Part shown: positions 36,104 to 48,500 of the stretch, piece after piece | Position numbering within the stretch: position 1 is the first letter of the stretch | Layout of the letters: each line of letters starts with the position of its first letter | Position numbers and translations under genes: made by a program | The notes under the pieces: model-generated | What the model was told of the DNA's origin: nothing | The model's input: the letters and a program-made list of their open reading frames with translations, nothing else | Databases searched by the model: none | Source of the DNA: Macrostomum hystrix | Taxonomy: Eukaryota; Animalia; Platyhelminthes | Reading direction: 5' to 3' | Assembly (NCBI GenBank): GCA_950097015.1 | Contig: CATNEN010000005.1 | Span: 6,014,001-6,078,000 of the forward strand | Length of the DNA stretch: 64,000 bases

Positions 36104-38107
36104 AATGAGAGACACAATGATATGAAATGAGAGACACAATGACATGAAATGAGAGACACAATGATATGAAATGAGAGACACAATGACATGAAATGAGAGA
36201 CACAATGACATGAAATGAGAGACACAATGACATGAAATGAGAGACACAATGACATGAAATGAGAGACACAATGACATGAAATGAGAGACACAATGACATG
36301 AAATGAGAGACACAATGACATGAAATGAGAGACACAATGACATGAAATGAGAGACATAATGACATGAAATGAGAGACACAATGACATGAAATGAGAGACA
36401 CAATGACATGAAATGAGAGACATAATGACATGAAATGAGAAACACAATGACATGAAATGAGAGACACAATGACATGAAATGAGAGACAGAATGATATGAA
36501 ATGAGACACAATGACATGAAATGAGAGACAGAATGATATGAAATGAGAGACAGAATGATATGAAATGAGAGACAGAATGACATGAAATGAGAGACACAAT
36601 GACATGAAATGAGAGACACAATGACATGAAATGAGAGACACAATGACATGAAATGAGAGACACAATGACATGAAATGAGAGACACAATGACATGAAATGA
36701 AAGACACAATGACATGAAATGAGAGACACAATGACATGAAATGAGAGACACAATGACATGAAATGAGAGACACAATGACATGAAATGAGAGACACAATGA
36801 CATGAAATGAGAGACACAATGACATGAAATGAGAGACATAATGACATGAAATGAGAGACACAATGACATGAAATGAGAGACACAATGACATGAAATGAGA
36901 GACATAATGACATGAAATGAGAAACACAATGACATGAAATGAGAGACACAATGACATGAAATGAGAGACAGAATGATATGAAATGAGACACAATGACATG
37001 AAATGAGAGACAGAATGATATGAAATGAGAGACAGAATGATATGAAATGAGAGACAGAATGACATGAAATGAGAGACAGAATGACATGAAATGAGAGACA
37101 CAATGACATGAAATGAGAGACACAATGACATGAAATGAGAGACACAATGACATGAAATGAGAGACACAATGACATGAAATGAGAGACACAATGACATGAA
37201 ATGAGAGACACAATGACATGAAATGAGAGACACAATGACATGAAATGAGAGACACAATGACATGAAATGAGAGACACAATGACATGAAATGAGAGACATA
37301 ATGACATGAAATGAGAGACACAATGACATGAAATGAGAGACACAATGACATGAAATGAAAGACACAATGACATGAAATGAGAGACACAATGACATGAAAT
37401 GAGAGACACAATGACATGAAATGAGAGACACAATGACATGAAATGAGAGACACAATGACATGAAATGAGAGACAGAATGATATGAAATGAGAGACAGAAT
37501 GATATGAAATGAGAGACAGAATGACATGAAATGAGAGACAGAATGACATGAAATGAGAGACACAATGACATGAAATGAGAGACACAATGACATGAAATGA
37601 GAGACACAATGACATGAAATGAGAGACACAATGACATGAAATGAAAGACACAATGACATGAAATGAGAGACACAATGACATGAAATGAGAGACACAATGA
37701 CATGAAATGAGAGACACAATGACATGAAATGAGAGACACAATGACATGAAATGAGAGACACAATGACATGAAATGAGAGACACAATGACATGAAATGAGA
37801 GACACAATGACATGAAATGAGAGACACAATGACATGAAATGAGAGACACAATGACATGAAATGAGAGACACAATGACATGAAATGAGAGACACAATGACA
37901 TGAAATGAGAGACACAATGACATGAAATGAGAGACACAATGACATGAAATGATAGACACAATGACATGAAATGAGAGACACAATGACATGAAATGAAAGA
38001 CACAATGACATGAAATGAGAGACACAATGACATGAAATGAGAGACACAATGACATGAAATGAGAGACACAATGACATGAAATGAGAGACACAATGACATG
38101 AAATGAG
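36104..38107 (+). repeat. 22-bp minisatellite, ~91 units
   Basis: Read directly. Confidence 0.98.
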
Positions 38108-38671
38108 GCCCAATTTAGTCTCCAAATTTTGCAATATTTCTTCGCGAATACATTAAAAGTCCATCTTCAAGACCTCACAGAAAGTCTAATCTTAGTATTT
38201 TAGAAAATTATTCTTCAAGCAATGGCCCTCTCACCCAAATACACCCGAAGCAATTCGCACAGAACAATGGACAGCAACAATGAACCCACAGCCGAAACTG
38301 TTTTGCAGCAATAAAATATTCAATGGCGAGTTTGAGCAGGCTAACTCATGCTTTGTCTTCGTCTCAAACTCAACTCGAGTCTTCTCTGTGCAGATTGAAG
38401 CAAGCCCCTCAACCTGTGTGCTCAAAGTGAGCAGTGTTTAATCTCTCATGTGGCATTGAAACTGTAGCGAATGGAAGCTGAGAATGGGTTGGACAAAGTA
38501 CTTTTGTCACCGACTCAAACTCATCTCAGATGCTTTAGTAGGCCATGCAGACCTGTCTCCGTATGGACTCAGTGTTCATGTACTTTAATCAGCTCATAGG
38601 ATGTTTGAGTAGCACAAACTGGAGCACACAGTCGCAATGCAGTGTAGAATGTATGCTCAGCCCATGCTTCT

Positions 38672-38896
38672 GTTGCTAGGCAACAAATAAACAAATTCGC
38701 ACCGATTCAAAGTTACTGTGAAGTATCTGTTTTCTCTTCATTCACAGCCAACTGAATCCTTTTTTAAACTGCTGAAGCCTCTGAGTCTGTCTGTTGCTAG
38801 GCGAGTCTCTCCGTTGCTAGGCGAGTCTCTCCGTTGCTCGGCGAGTCTCTCCAGATTGCCCATTGCTGGCAGTGTCCAGAGGACTCAAAGGTAAGT
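38672..38896 (+). promoter_or_regulatory. Upstream module 2 (copy B)
   Basis: X-box 38672-38684 + ATAAACAAA; three 20-bp half-site repeats; AAG|GTAAGT with GT at 38891. Confidence 0.62.
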
Positions 38897-39576
38897 AAAT
38901 TAAACTTTTCAGTTCAACAGCTTCCGACTTTTGTGCGCACATCCAAGATCTTTAATCATAGTTTAAAGTCTGCATACTTTAAGTTACTTGTATCGTCCTT
39001 TCCATTTGCCAATAGCTACTTCACCAGCTGTTACAGTATTTAGTACAAAATATGTTTTTATATGGGCTGGCCTGGCGGTGCAATCAGAGTGGAAAAAGTT
39101 GTCTTTTACAATTCCGTTTTCAGGCAGCTATTTGCTACTTTCTACTGTAAGTAGTGCTGATTAGGCATGCTTTTAGGTTACCATTTCTTAGGTATTATAC
39201 TTTTCATGTGGAATCAAGTGCTACTTTTAGGATAAAACGCACTATTATTTCCGATACTCACTACTGTAATAATTTGACAAAGAAGTCAATATTAGTCGAA
39301 TCTTAGATCGAAGTCGATCTTAGTCGATCTTAGTCGAAGAAGATAATTTGCCCAGGAAGGATAATTCAAACCAAGGGTTTGAGACAAAGGGGACACTTTC
39401 TCAAATGAGGATATATCGATTGAGGGACTTTTTGCCACGGAAAACAGATAAGTATGTACAAATAGACAGAGAATGTAAAATCAGGGACGATATACCATAA
39501 TTAAATTTGACACACCAATTTTAAACAATTTGACTGGGCGAATAAATTAATAAAAGAAGTAAAACCCAGCTGTTTT

Positions 39577-40495
39577 ACTTGCAGTAGTACTGTAGTGATA
39601 TTATACTTGCAGTAGTACTGTAGTGATATTATACTTGCAGTAGTACTGTAGTGATATTATACTTGCAGTAGTACTGTAGTGATATCATACTTGCAGTAGT
39701 ACTGTAGTGATAGCATACTTGCAGTAGTACTGTAGTGATATCATACTTGCAGTAGTACAGTAGTGATATTATACTTGCAGTAGTACTGTAGTGATATTAT
39801 ACTTGCAGTAGTACTGTAGTGATATCATACTTGCAGTAGTACTGTAGTGATATTATACTTGCAGTAGTACTGTAGTGATATTATACTTGCAGTAGTACTG
39901 TAGTGATATCATACTTGCAGTAGTACTGTAGTGATATTGTAATTGCAGTAGTACTGTAGCGATATTATACTTGCAGTAGTACTGTAGTGATATCATACTT
40001 GCAGTAGTACTGTAGTGATATTGTACTTGCAGTAGTACTGTAGTGATATTGTACTTGCAGTAGTACTGTAGTGATATTGTACTTGCAGTAGTACTGTAGT
40101 GATATCATACTTGCAGTAGTACTGTAGTGATATTGTAATTGCAGTAGTACTGTAGCGATATTATACTTGCAGTAGTACTGTAGTGATATTGTACTTGCAG
40201 TAGTACTGTAGTGATATTGTACTTGCAGTAGTACTGTAGTGATATTGTACTTGCAGTAGTACTGTAGTGATATTGTAATTGCAGTAGTACTGTAGTGATA
40301 TTGTACTTGCAGCAGTACTGTAGTGATATCATACTTGCAGTAGTACTGTAGTGATATTATACTTGCAGTAGTACTGTAGTGATATTGTAATTGCAGTAGT
40401 ACTGTAGCGATATTATACTTGCAGTAGTACTGTAGTGATATCATACTTGCAGTAGTACTGTAGTGATATCATACTTGCAGTAGTACTGTAGTGAT
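39577..40495 (+). repeat. 28-bp minisatellite, ~33 units
   Basis: Variant pattern almost identical to the copy A array. Confidence 0.98.
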
Positions 40496-40649
40496 AATTT
40501 GCTTGCAGCATTGCTGCAGTATGAAGGGATTATTGAGGCAAAAAGAGAGTAGAAAGAATATGTTGGTGTTTAATTAGACTATTTTTTACATCATATTTCC
40601 TTATTCAGTTTCGGCAGCCTTCGAACTGCTCACTCACTGGCAGCCTCTG

Positions 40650-40796
40650 AGTCTCACCGTTGCTAGGCGAGTCTCCCCCGTTGCCAGGGAAGTGTCTCCG
40701 TTGCTAGGCGAGTCTCCCCCGTTGCTAGGCGAGTCTCAGCAAGTCGCTCACCGCTGCTGTTGCAGCTGCAGCTGCATCGCGGACTCATCGGTGAGT
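40650..40796 (+). promoter_or_regulatory. Upstream module 3 (copy B)
   Basis: Matches 7346-7492; TCG|GTGAGT with GT at 40791. Confidence 0.55.
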
Positions 40797-41119
40797 GTTG
40801 TTGGCTGGAAAAGTACAATTTGCATACTGGCATTTGCTGACTCTGACCATAGACACCAATAGGAAATAAAGTGCGAATTTACTGATTGGACGGGTTTGAA
40901 GCTTCTTGCTGAAATTCGCTGGTGGAATTTCGCTTAAGAACTTTGTGTTCTTAAGAATATTGGTAAGAAAATTGGCGATAAATCTTCGTTTGTGAGTAGC
41001 ATTCTCCAGGGAATAATTTTCCTATTGAGAGGATAATTTGACAACTAAGGGGGGCATTTTTTAATTAAGTGCGATAAGCTGCTAATTGAGAAGATATATT
41101 TGTTGATTAAGGGGATGAC

Positions 41120-41710
41120 TTGGGGATTAAGGGAATCATTTTGGGATTTGTGGGGTTAATTTGTGGATTGAGGGGATAAATTTAGGATTTAGGGGATAAT
41201 CTGTGGATTGTGGGGATAATCTTTGGATTGAGAGGATAATCTGTGGATTGAGGGCTAATCTGTGGATTGAGGGGATAATCTGTCGATTGAGCGGATAATC
41301 TTTGGATTGAGGGGATAATCTGTGGATTGAGGGGATATTCTTTGTATTGAGGGGATAATCTGTGCATTAAGGGGATAATCTGTGGATTGAGGGAAAAATC
41401 TGTGGATTGAGGTGATATTCTTTGTATTGAGGGAAAAATCTGTGGATTGAGGGGATATTCTTTGTATTGAGGGGATAATCTGTAGATTGAGGGGATATTC
41501 TTTGTATTGAGGGGATAATCTGTGGATTGAGGGAAAAATCTATGGATTGAGGGGATAATCTGTGGATTGAGGGGATAATCTGTGGATTGAGGGGATAATC
41601 TGTGGATTGAGGGGATAATTTGTGGATTGAGGGGATAATCTGTGGATTGAGGGGATAATCTGTGGATTGAGGGGATAATTTGTGGATTGAGGGGATAGTT
41701 TGTGGATTGA
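41120..41710 (+). repeat. 20-bp G-rich minisatellite
   Basis: Appears identical to the copy A array (identical track ORFs 7878/41182 and 8236/41540). Confidence 0.96.
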
Positions 41711-42944
41711 TGTATTGTTCGCCAACTTAGTGGTACATTTTTAAATTAAGTGTGATAAAAACCCAAACAGAAAGGAGACATTTAAAATATATTAGATGAC
41801 AGGAATCAGTTGCAACTCAGGGTAGAGAGGGAAGAAGAGGAATAGAGAAGGGAATAAGGAGGGAATATGGGAGTAGAGACGGGTACCAGTCAAGACTATT
41901 CAATTCCAACTTATTTTCCACAGCAGGTAACTGGCAACCAATGAGTGTCTCTGTTGCTAGGCAACTTTGCGTACTTGTAGTTGCTAACTTTGTCGATAGT
42001 AACCCTATTGGAGATAGTGTGCTCATTGACTGATTGAACGGGTCCTGAAGCTTCTTGCTGAAATACGCTGGTGGAATTTCACTTTGTGTTTAAGTTTAGG
42101 CAAAAATTCTTCGTTTGGATGTACAGTTGCCGTCTGTGGCGAATATTTTGAGAACTGAGGGGACAATTCGTGGATTTAGGGGATAATTTGCGGATTTAGA
42201 GGATAATTCGAGGATTTGTGGGACAATGCGCGGATTTGGGGGGATAATGCGCAGATTTAGAGGATAATTCGAGGATTTTGGGGATAATTTTACGATTAAA
42301 TGGGATAGGGGGGAAACTGTGTGGATTATTAGCAAAATATTGGGATTAAACTGCCGCTGATTTTACAGATTGCAAGATAAGTGGGATAAGCTGCAATGGA
42401 CGGTGATTCTTAGAAACTGGGATGGCAAACAATATTATTCTCAAGTTTTCCCTCTGTGCAGTGAGAGGCTGTTGCTAAAGTTGCAACTGTACATTTGCGA
42501 CAGCAAGCCTAACAAGGTAGGAGTAACAAAAACTAAAGTGCTTCACACGGGAGGCAAAAATAGTTTATTTGTTCGTTTGCGAATACCAAAAACATTTCTG
42601 AAAGTCCATACCTACACATACCTAAAGAATGGACAATTTTGAATTATTTTGGCAAGCGAGCCACCGTATAATAAACTACCGAATAACTGCAAGGAATGGC
42701 CTTGGTTACAGGTTCTACTCTTCTTCCGTGTTTCTGTTTGGCAATAATCTTTCGCTATGCCGACACGCAAAGTCCTGGATTGATTTGCCTGTTGTAAAAT
42801 TCAATACCTCAGCGATTAGGAAAACACGTTCGGCTAGTGTTCTTCATTTACACGATACTCACAAAAGAATTTCGAGAAATAAATAGATGGAGGGGAATAG
42901 TCATAGACAGAGGAATAGACGGAGGAATAGACGGAGGAATATAC

Positions 42945-44865
42945 AGGGGATTAGAGTGAGCAACTGAGAGGATGAGAGTGAGGAACTGAGAGGGATGAGA
43001 GTGAGGAACTGAGAAGGATGAGAGTGAGGAACTGAGAGGGATTAGAGTGAGGAACTGAGAGGGATGAGAGTGAGGAACTGAGAGGGATTAGAGTGAGGAA
43101 CTGAGAGGGATTAGAGTGAGGAACAGAGAGAGATGAGAGTGAGGAACTGAGAAGGATGAGAGTGAGGAACTGAGAGGATGAGAGTGAGGAACTGAGAGGG
43201 ATGAGAGTGAGGAACTGAGAGGGATGAGAGTGAGGAACTGAGAGGGATGAGAGTGAGGAACTGAGAGGGATGAGAGTGAGCAACTGAGAGGATGAGAGTG
43301 AGGAACTGAGAGGGATGAGAGTGAGGAACTGAGAGGGATGAGAGTGAGGAACTGAGAGGGATGAGAGTGAGGAACTGAGAAGGATGAGAGTGAGGAACTG
43401 AGAGGGATGAGAGTGAGGAACTGAGAGGGATGAGAGTGAGGAACTGAGAGGGATGAGAGTGAGGAACTCAGAGGGATGAGAGTGAGGAACTGAGAAGGAT
43501 GAGAGTGAGGAACTGAGAGGGATGAGAGTGAGGAACAGAGAGGGATGAGAGTGAGGAACTGAGAGGGATGAGAGTGAGCAACTGAGAGGATGAGAGTGAG
43601 GAACTGAGAGGGATGAGAGTGAGCAACTGAGAGGGATGAGAGTGAGGAACTGAGAGGGATGAGAGTGAGGAACTGAGAAGGATGAGAGTGAGGAACTGAG
43701 AAGGATGAGAGTGAGGAACTGAGAGGGATGAGAGTGAGGAACTGAGAGGGATGAGAGTGAGGAACTCAGAGGGATGAGAGTGAGGAACTGAGAGGGATGA
43801 GAGTGAGGAACTGAGAGGGATGAGAGTGAGGAACTGAGAGGGATGAGAGTGAGGAACTGAGAGGGATGAGAGTGAGGAACTGAGAGGGATGAGAGTGAGG
43901 AACTGAGAGGGATGAGAGTGAGGAACTGAGAGGGATGAGAGTGAGGAACTGAGAGGGATGAGAGTGAGGAACTGAGAGGGATGAGAGTGAGGAACTGAGA
44001 GGGATGAGAGTGAGGAACTGAGAAGGATGAGAGTGAGGAACTGAGAGGGATGAGAGTGAGGAACTGAGAGGGATGAGAGTGAGGAACTGAGAGGGATGAG
44101 AGTGAGGAACTGAGAGGGATGAGAGTGAGCAACTGAGAGGATGAGAGTGAGGAACTGAGAGGGATGAGAGTGAGGAACTGAGAGGGATGAGAGTGAGGAA
44201 CTGAGAGGGATGAGAGTGAGGTACACGGAGGGGATGAGAGTGAGGTACACAGAGGGGATGAGAGTGAGGTACACAGAGGGGATGAGAGTGAGGTACACAG
44301 AGGGGATGAGAGTGAGGTACACAGAGGGGATGAGAGTGAGGTACACAGAGGGGATGAGAGTGAGGAACTGAGATGGATTAGAGTGAGGAACTGAGAGGGA
44401 TGAGAGTGAGGAACCGAGAGGACATTGGAGTGAGGAACAGAGAGGGATGAGAGTGAGGAACTGAGAGGGATGAGAGTGAGGAACTGAGAGGGATGAGAGT
44501 GAGGAACTGAGAGGGATGAGAGTGAGGAACTGAGAGGGATGAGAGTGAGGTACACGGAGGGGATGAGAGTGAGGTACACAGAGGGGATGAGAGTGAGGTA
44601 CACAGAGGGGATGAGAGTGAGGAACTGAGAGTGATGAGAGTGAGGAACTGAGAGGGATGAGAGTGAGGAACTGAGAGGGATGAGAGTGAGGTACACAGAG
44701 GGGATGAGAGTGAGGTACACAGAGGGGATGAGAGTGAGGTACACAGAGGGGATGAGAGTGAGGTACACAGAGGGGATGAGAGTGAGGAACTGAGATGGAT
44801 TAGAGTGAGGAACTGAGAGGGATGAGAGTGAGGAACCGAGAGGACATTGGAGTGAGGAACAGAGA
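42945..44865 (+). repeat. 23-bp purine-rich minisatellite, ~84 units, with a derived 24-bp variant GAGGTACACAGAGGGGATGAGAGT
   Basis: Same junctions as 9652-16130 but 4.6 kb shorter; terminal motif GAGGACATTGGAGT duplicated internally near 44420. Confidence 0.98.
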
Positions 44866-45552
44866 GGGTGATGTGAGGTGGAGATGTGGGACTTGGGAAC
44901 AGGGTTAAAACTTTAGCAAATTTTCAAGATTAGATATTTCATTTCTAATATTAGCTATTTCATTATTCTACTATTATTTATTTTATATATTATTAGCTGT
45001 TGCTATGGTAAAATTATTTAACGAAAAATACATTACTTGTGCACCCAGCAATACGGTGTCAGGCAATAATTGTACCTGACAATTATTTACTAAAAAACTG
45101 CACCAATTTTGGATCTCAATGTTATATTCTAATTTACCATTAAACTCAATAAAAGGTTGATGAGCACAGGCTGGATAGAGGAATGTGGATCCAGAATAGG
45201 GAGATAGGGAGAATGCAGAATGGGAAGACAGGAACGGAAGGAGGATGTCTGGGAGATTCAATAGCGGGATTAAGAAGGTGATAAGCGGTACACGCATGAA
45301 TGTGTTCAAATTTTTAATGTCTTGTAATTTCAAAACATTTTCATTAATTGCCTTTTTTAATTAACAGCAAGTGCAGCAGCATTTCAAGTACACGAATAAG
45401 AAATTTATTGTTTCTAACGTGCCTCACTTGTCACTATTGACCTGACACGGCCAAAATAAGTCTGTGTCTTCAGTTTTCTAACGTTCTTCTTTTTTCAGCC
45501 AAAAAAGTCTTCTGAGAAAAATTTCACGGACTAGGAAGAGAAGCAAGGGTTC

Positions 45553-48500
45553 ATGGACACCAATGCTAGCGTCCGTGGACCGGAAGATGCCGGATCAGAG
45601 GACCGGGAACTCGAGGATGCAGAATCGCCGGTCTCTACGTGGGAAGACAGTGCAGAATCAATGAGTCAGAGAAGTGAGTCGGACTCAACTTTCTCTCTGC
45701 TGTGCGAAGAAAACTTCTTAATGTACCAAGAGCCAGAGTTGCTAGTTTTCTTCTGGGACATCAAGCACGGAGGTGTTGAAAATAGTCTGCGCAATGACCT
45801 TCTTCGAGCCATAGACAGCAGCGACTCTGAGGAGCTGAGCAGAATATCAGACAGAATCAGAAAAGGACTTCAAGACGATGATGATGCAGAAGTGAAAGTG
45901 CTGCTGCTTATGTCAGCCGCCGAGCCAGAGCTGGAACTGCTGCAGTTCTTGACTGAAAGACACGCCGACTCATGCCTGCAGGCGCGGGGTTTATCAGCTA
46001 ACAACATGCTGCACTTTGTGTGCGGATGCAACAACTCAGATTCAGCAACTGCAGCCTTGGAGCTGATCTATAACAGAGTGGGCAAACAGCTGGTCAAGGA
46101 GGTCAACAACTCAAAGCAGCTGCCTGTACACATCGCAGCTAAAAACAGCAAGAATCCTGCAGTGTTTCTCTGGCTCATTTCCACCGTCGAGGACAAGAAT
46201 CTGTTTTTCGTTCAAGACGACGACGGCTACAGTGCTGTTAGCCTCGCATTTGAGAAGCAGAATTTGGACACACTCAAACAAGTGACTGAGAAGCTTGGTC
46301 TGGCGGAGTGCCTGGCGGCAAAAACTGCCAAAAATGAAAATATTTGCCTTCTAGCCGCATTCAATACAGCCAATCCTGCAGTGTTTCTCTGGCTCATTTC
46401 CACCGTCGAGGATAAAAATATGTTTTTCGGTCACGATGATGACGGCTACAGTGCTGTTAGCATCGCATTTGAGAAGCTGAACTTGGACACACTCAAACAA
46501 GTGACTGAGAAGCTTGGTCTGGCGGAGTGCCTGGCGGCAAAAACTGCCAAAAATCAAAATATTTGCCTTCGAGCCGCATTCAATACAGCCAATCCTGCAG
46601 TGTTTCTCTGGCTCATTTCCATCGTCCAGGACAAGAATCTGTTTTTCATTCAAGACGATGACGGCTACAGTGCTGTTAGCATAGCATTTGATCAGCTGAA
46701 CTTGGACACACTCAAACAAGCGACTGAGAAGCTTGGTCTGGCGGAGTGCCTGGCGGCAAAAACTGCCAAAAATGAAAATATTTGCCTTCCAGCCGCAGCG
46801 AATTCAGCCAATCCTGCAGTGTTTCTCTGGCTCATTTCCACCGTCGAGGATAAGAATCAGTTTTTCGTTCAAGACGATGACGGCTACAGTGCTGTTAGCA
46901 TAGCATTTGATCAGCTGAACTTGGACACACTCAAACAAGCGACTGAGAAGCTTGGTCTGGCGGAGTGCCTGGCGGCAAAAACTGCCAAAAATCAAAATAT
47001 TTGCAAAAGAGCCGCATTCAATTCAGACAATCCTTCAGTGTTTCTCTGGCTCATTTCCACCGTCGAGGACAAGAATCTGTTTTTCGTTCAAGACGATGAC
47101 GGCTACAGTGCTGTTAGCACTGCATTTTTTAAGCAGAATTTGTACACTCTCAAACAAGTGACTGAGAAGCTTGGTCTGGCGGAGTGCCTGGCGGCAAAAA
47201 CTGCCAAAAATGAAAATATTTGCCTTCGAGCCGCAGCGAATTCAGCCAATCCTGCAGTGTTTCTCTGGCTCATTTCCACCGTCGAGGACAAGAAACTGTT
47301 TTTCGTTCAAGACGATGACGGCGACAGTGCTGTTAGCATAGCGTTTCTATATCAGAACTTGGAAACTCTCAAACAAGTGACTGAGAAGCTTGGTCTGGCG
47401 GAGTGCCTGGCGGCAAAAACTGCCAAAAATCAAAATATTTGCCTTCCAGCCGCAGCGAATTCAGCCAATCCTGCAGTGTTTCTCTGGCTCATTTCCACCG
47501 TCGAGGATAAGAATCAGTTTTTCGTTCAAGACGATGACGGCTACAGTGCTGTTAGCATAGCATTTGATCAGCTGAACTTGGACACACTCAAACAAGCGAC
47601 TGAGAAGCTTGGTCTGGCGGAGTGCCTGGCGGCAAAAACTGCCAAAAATCAAAATATTTGCAAAAGAGCCGCATTCAATTCAGACAATCCTTCAGTGTTT
47701 CTCTGGCTCATTTCCACCGTCGAGGACAAGAATCTGTTTTTCGTTCAAGACGATGACGGCTACAGTGCTGTTAGCACTGCATTTTTTAAGCAGAATTTGT
47801 ACACTCTCAAACAAGTGACTGAGAAGCTTGGTCTGGCGGAGTGCCTGGCGGCAAAAACTGCCAAAAATGAAAATATTTGCCTTCGAGCCGCAGCGAATTC
47901 AGCCAATCCTGCAGTGTTTCTCTGGCTCATTTCCACCGTCGAGGACAAGAAACTGTTTTTCGTTCAAGACGATGACGGCGACAGTGCTGTTAGCATAGCA
48001 TTTGATCAGCTGAACTTGGACACACTCAAACAAGCGACTGAGAAGCTTGGTCTGGCGGAGTGCCTGGCGGCAAAAACTGCCAAAAATGAAAATATTTGCC
48101 TTCGAGCCGCATTCAATTCAGACAATCCTTCAGTGTTTCTCTGGCTCATTTCCACCGTCGAGGACAAGAATCTGTTTTTCGTTCAAGACGATGACGGCTA
48201 CAGTGCTGTTAGCACCGCATTTTATAAGCAGAACTTGGACACACTCAAACAAGCGACTGAGAAGCTTGGTCTGGCGGAGTGCCTGGCGGCAAAAACTGCC
48301 AAAAATCAAAATATTTGCCTTCGAGCCGCAGCGAATTCAGCCAATCCTGCAGTGTTTCTCTGGCTCATTTCCATCGTCGAGGACAACAATCTGTTTTTCG
48401 GTCACGATGATGACGGCTACAGTGCTGTTAGCATAGCGTTTCGATATCAGAACTTGGACACACTCAAACAAGTGACTGAGAAGCTTGGTCTGGCGGAGTG

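Noticed and set aside
36045-38134. 300-690-aa ORFs in all three minus frames of the 22-mer arrays; similar ORFs in the 28-, 20-, 23-, 24- and 32-mer arrays
   Set aside because: Translation of stop-free tandem repeats; all three frames give the same periodic peptide.
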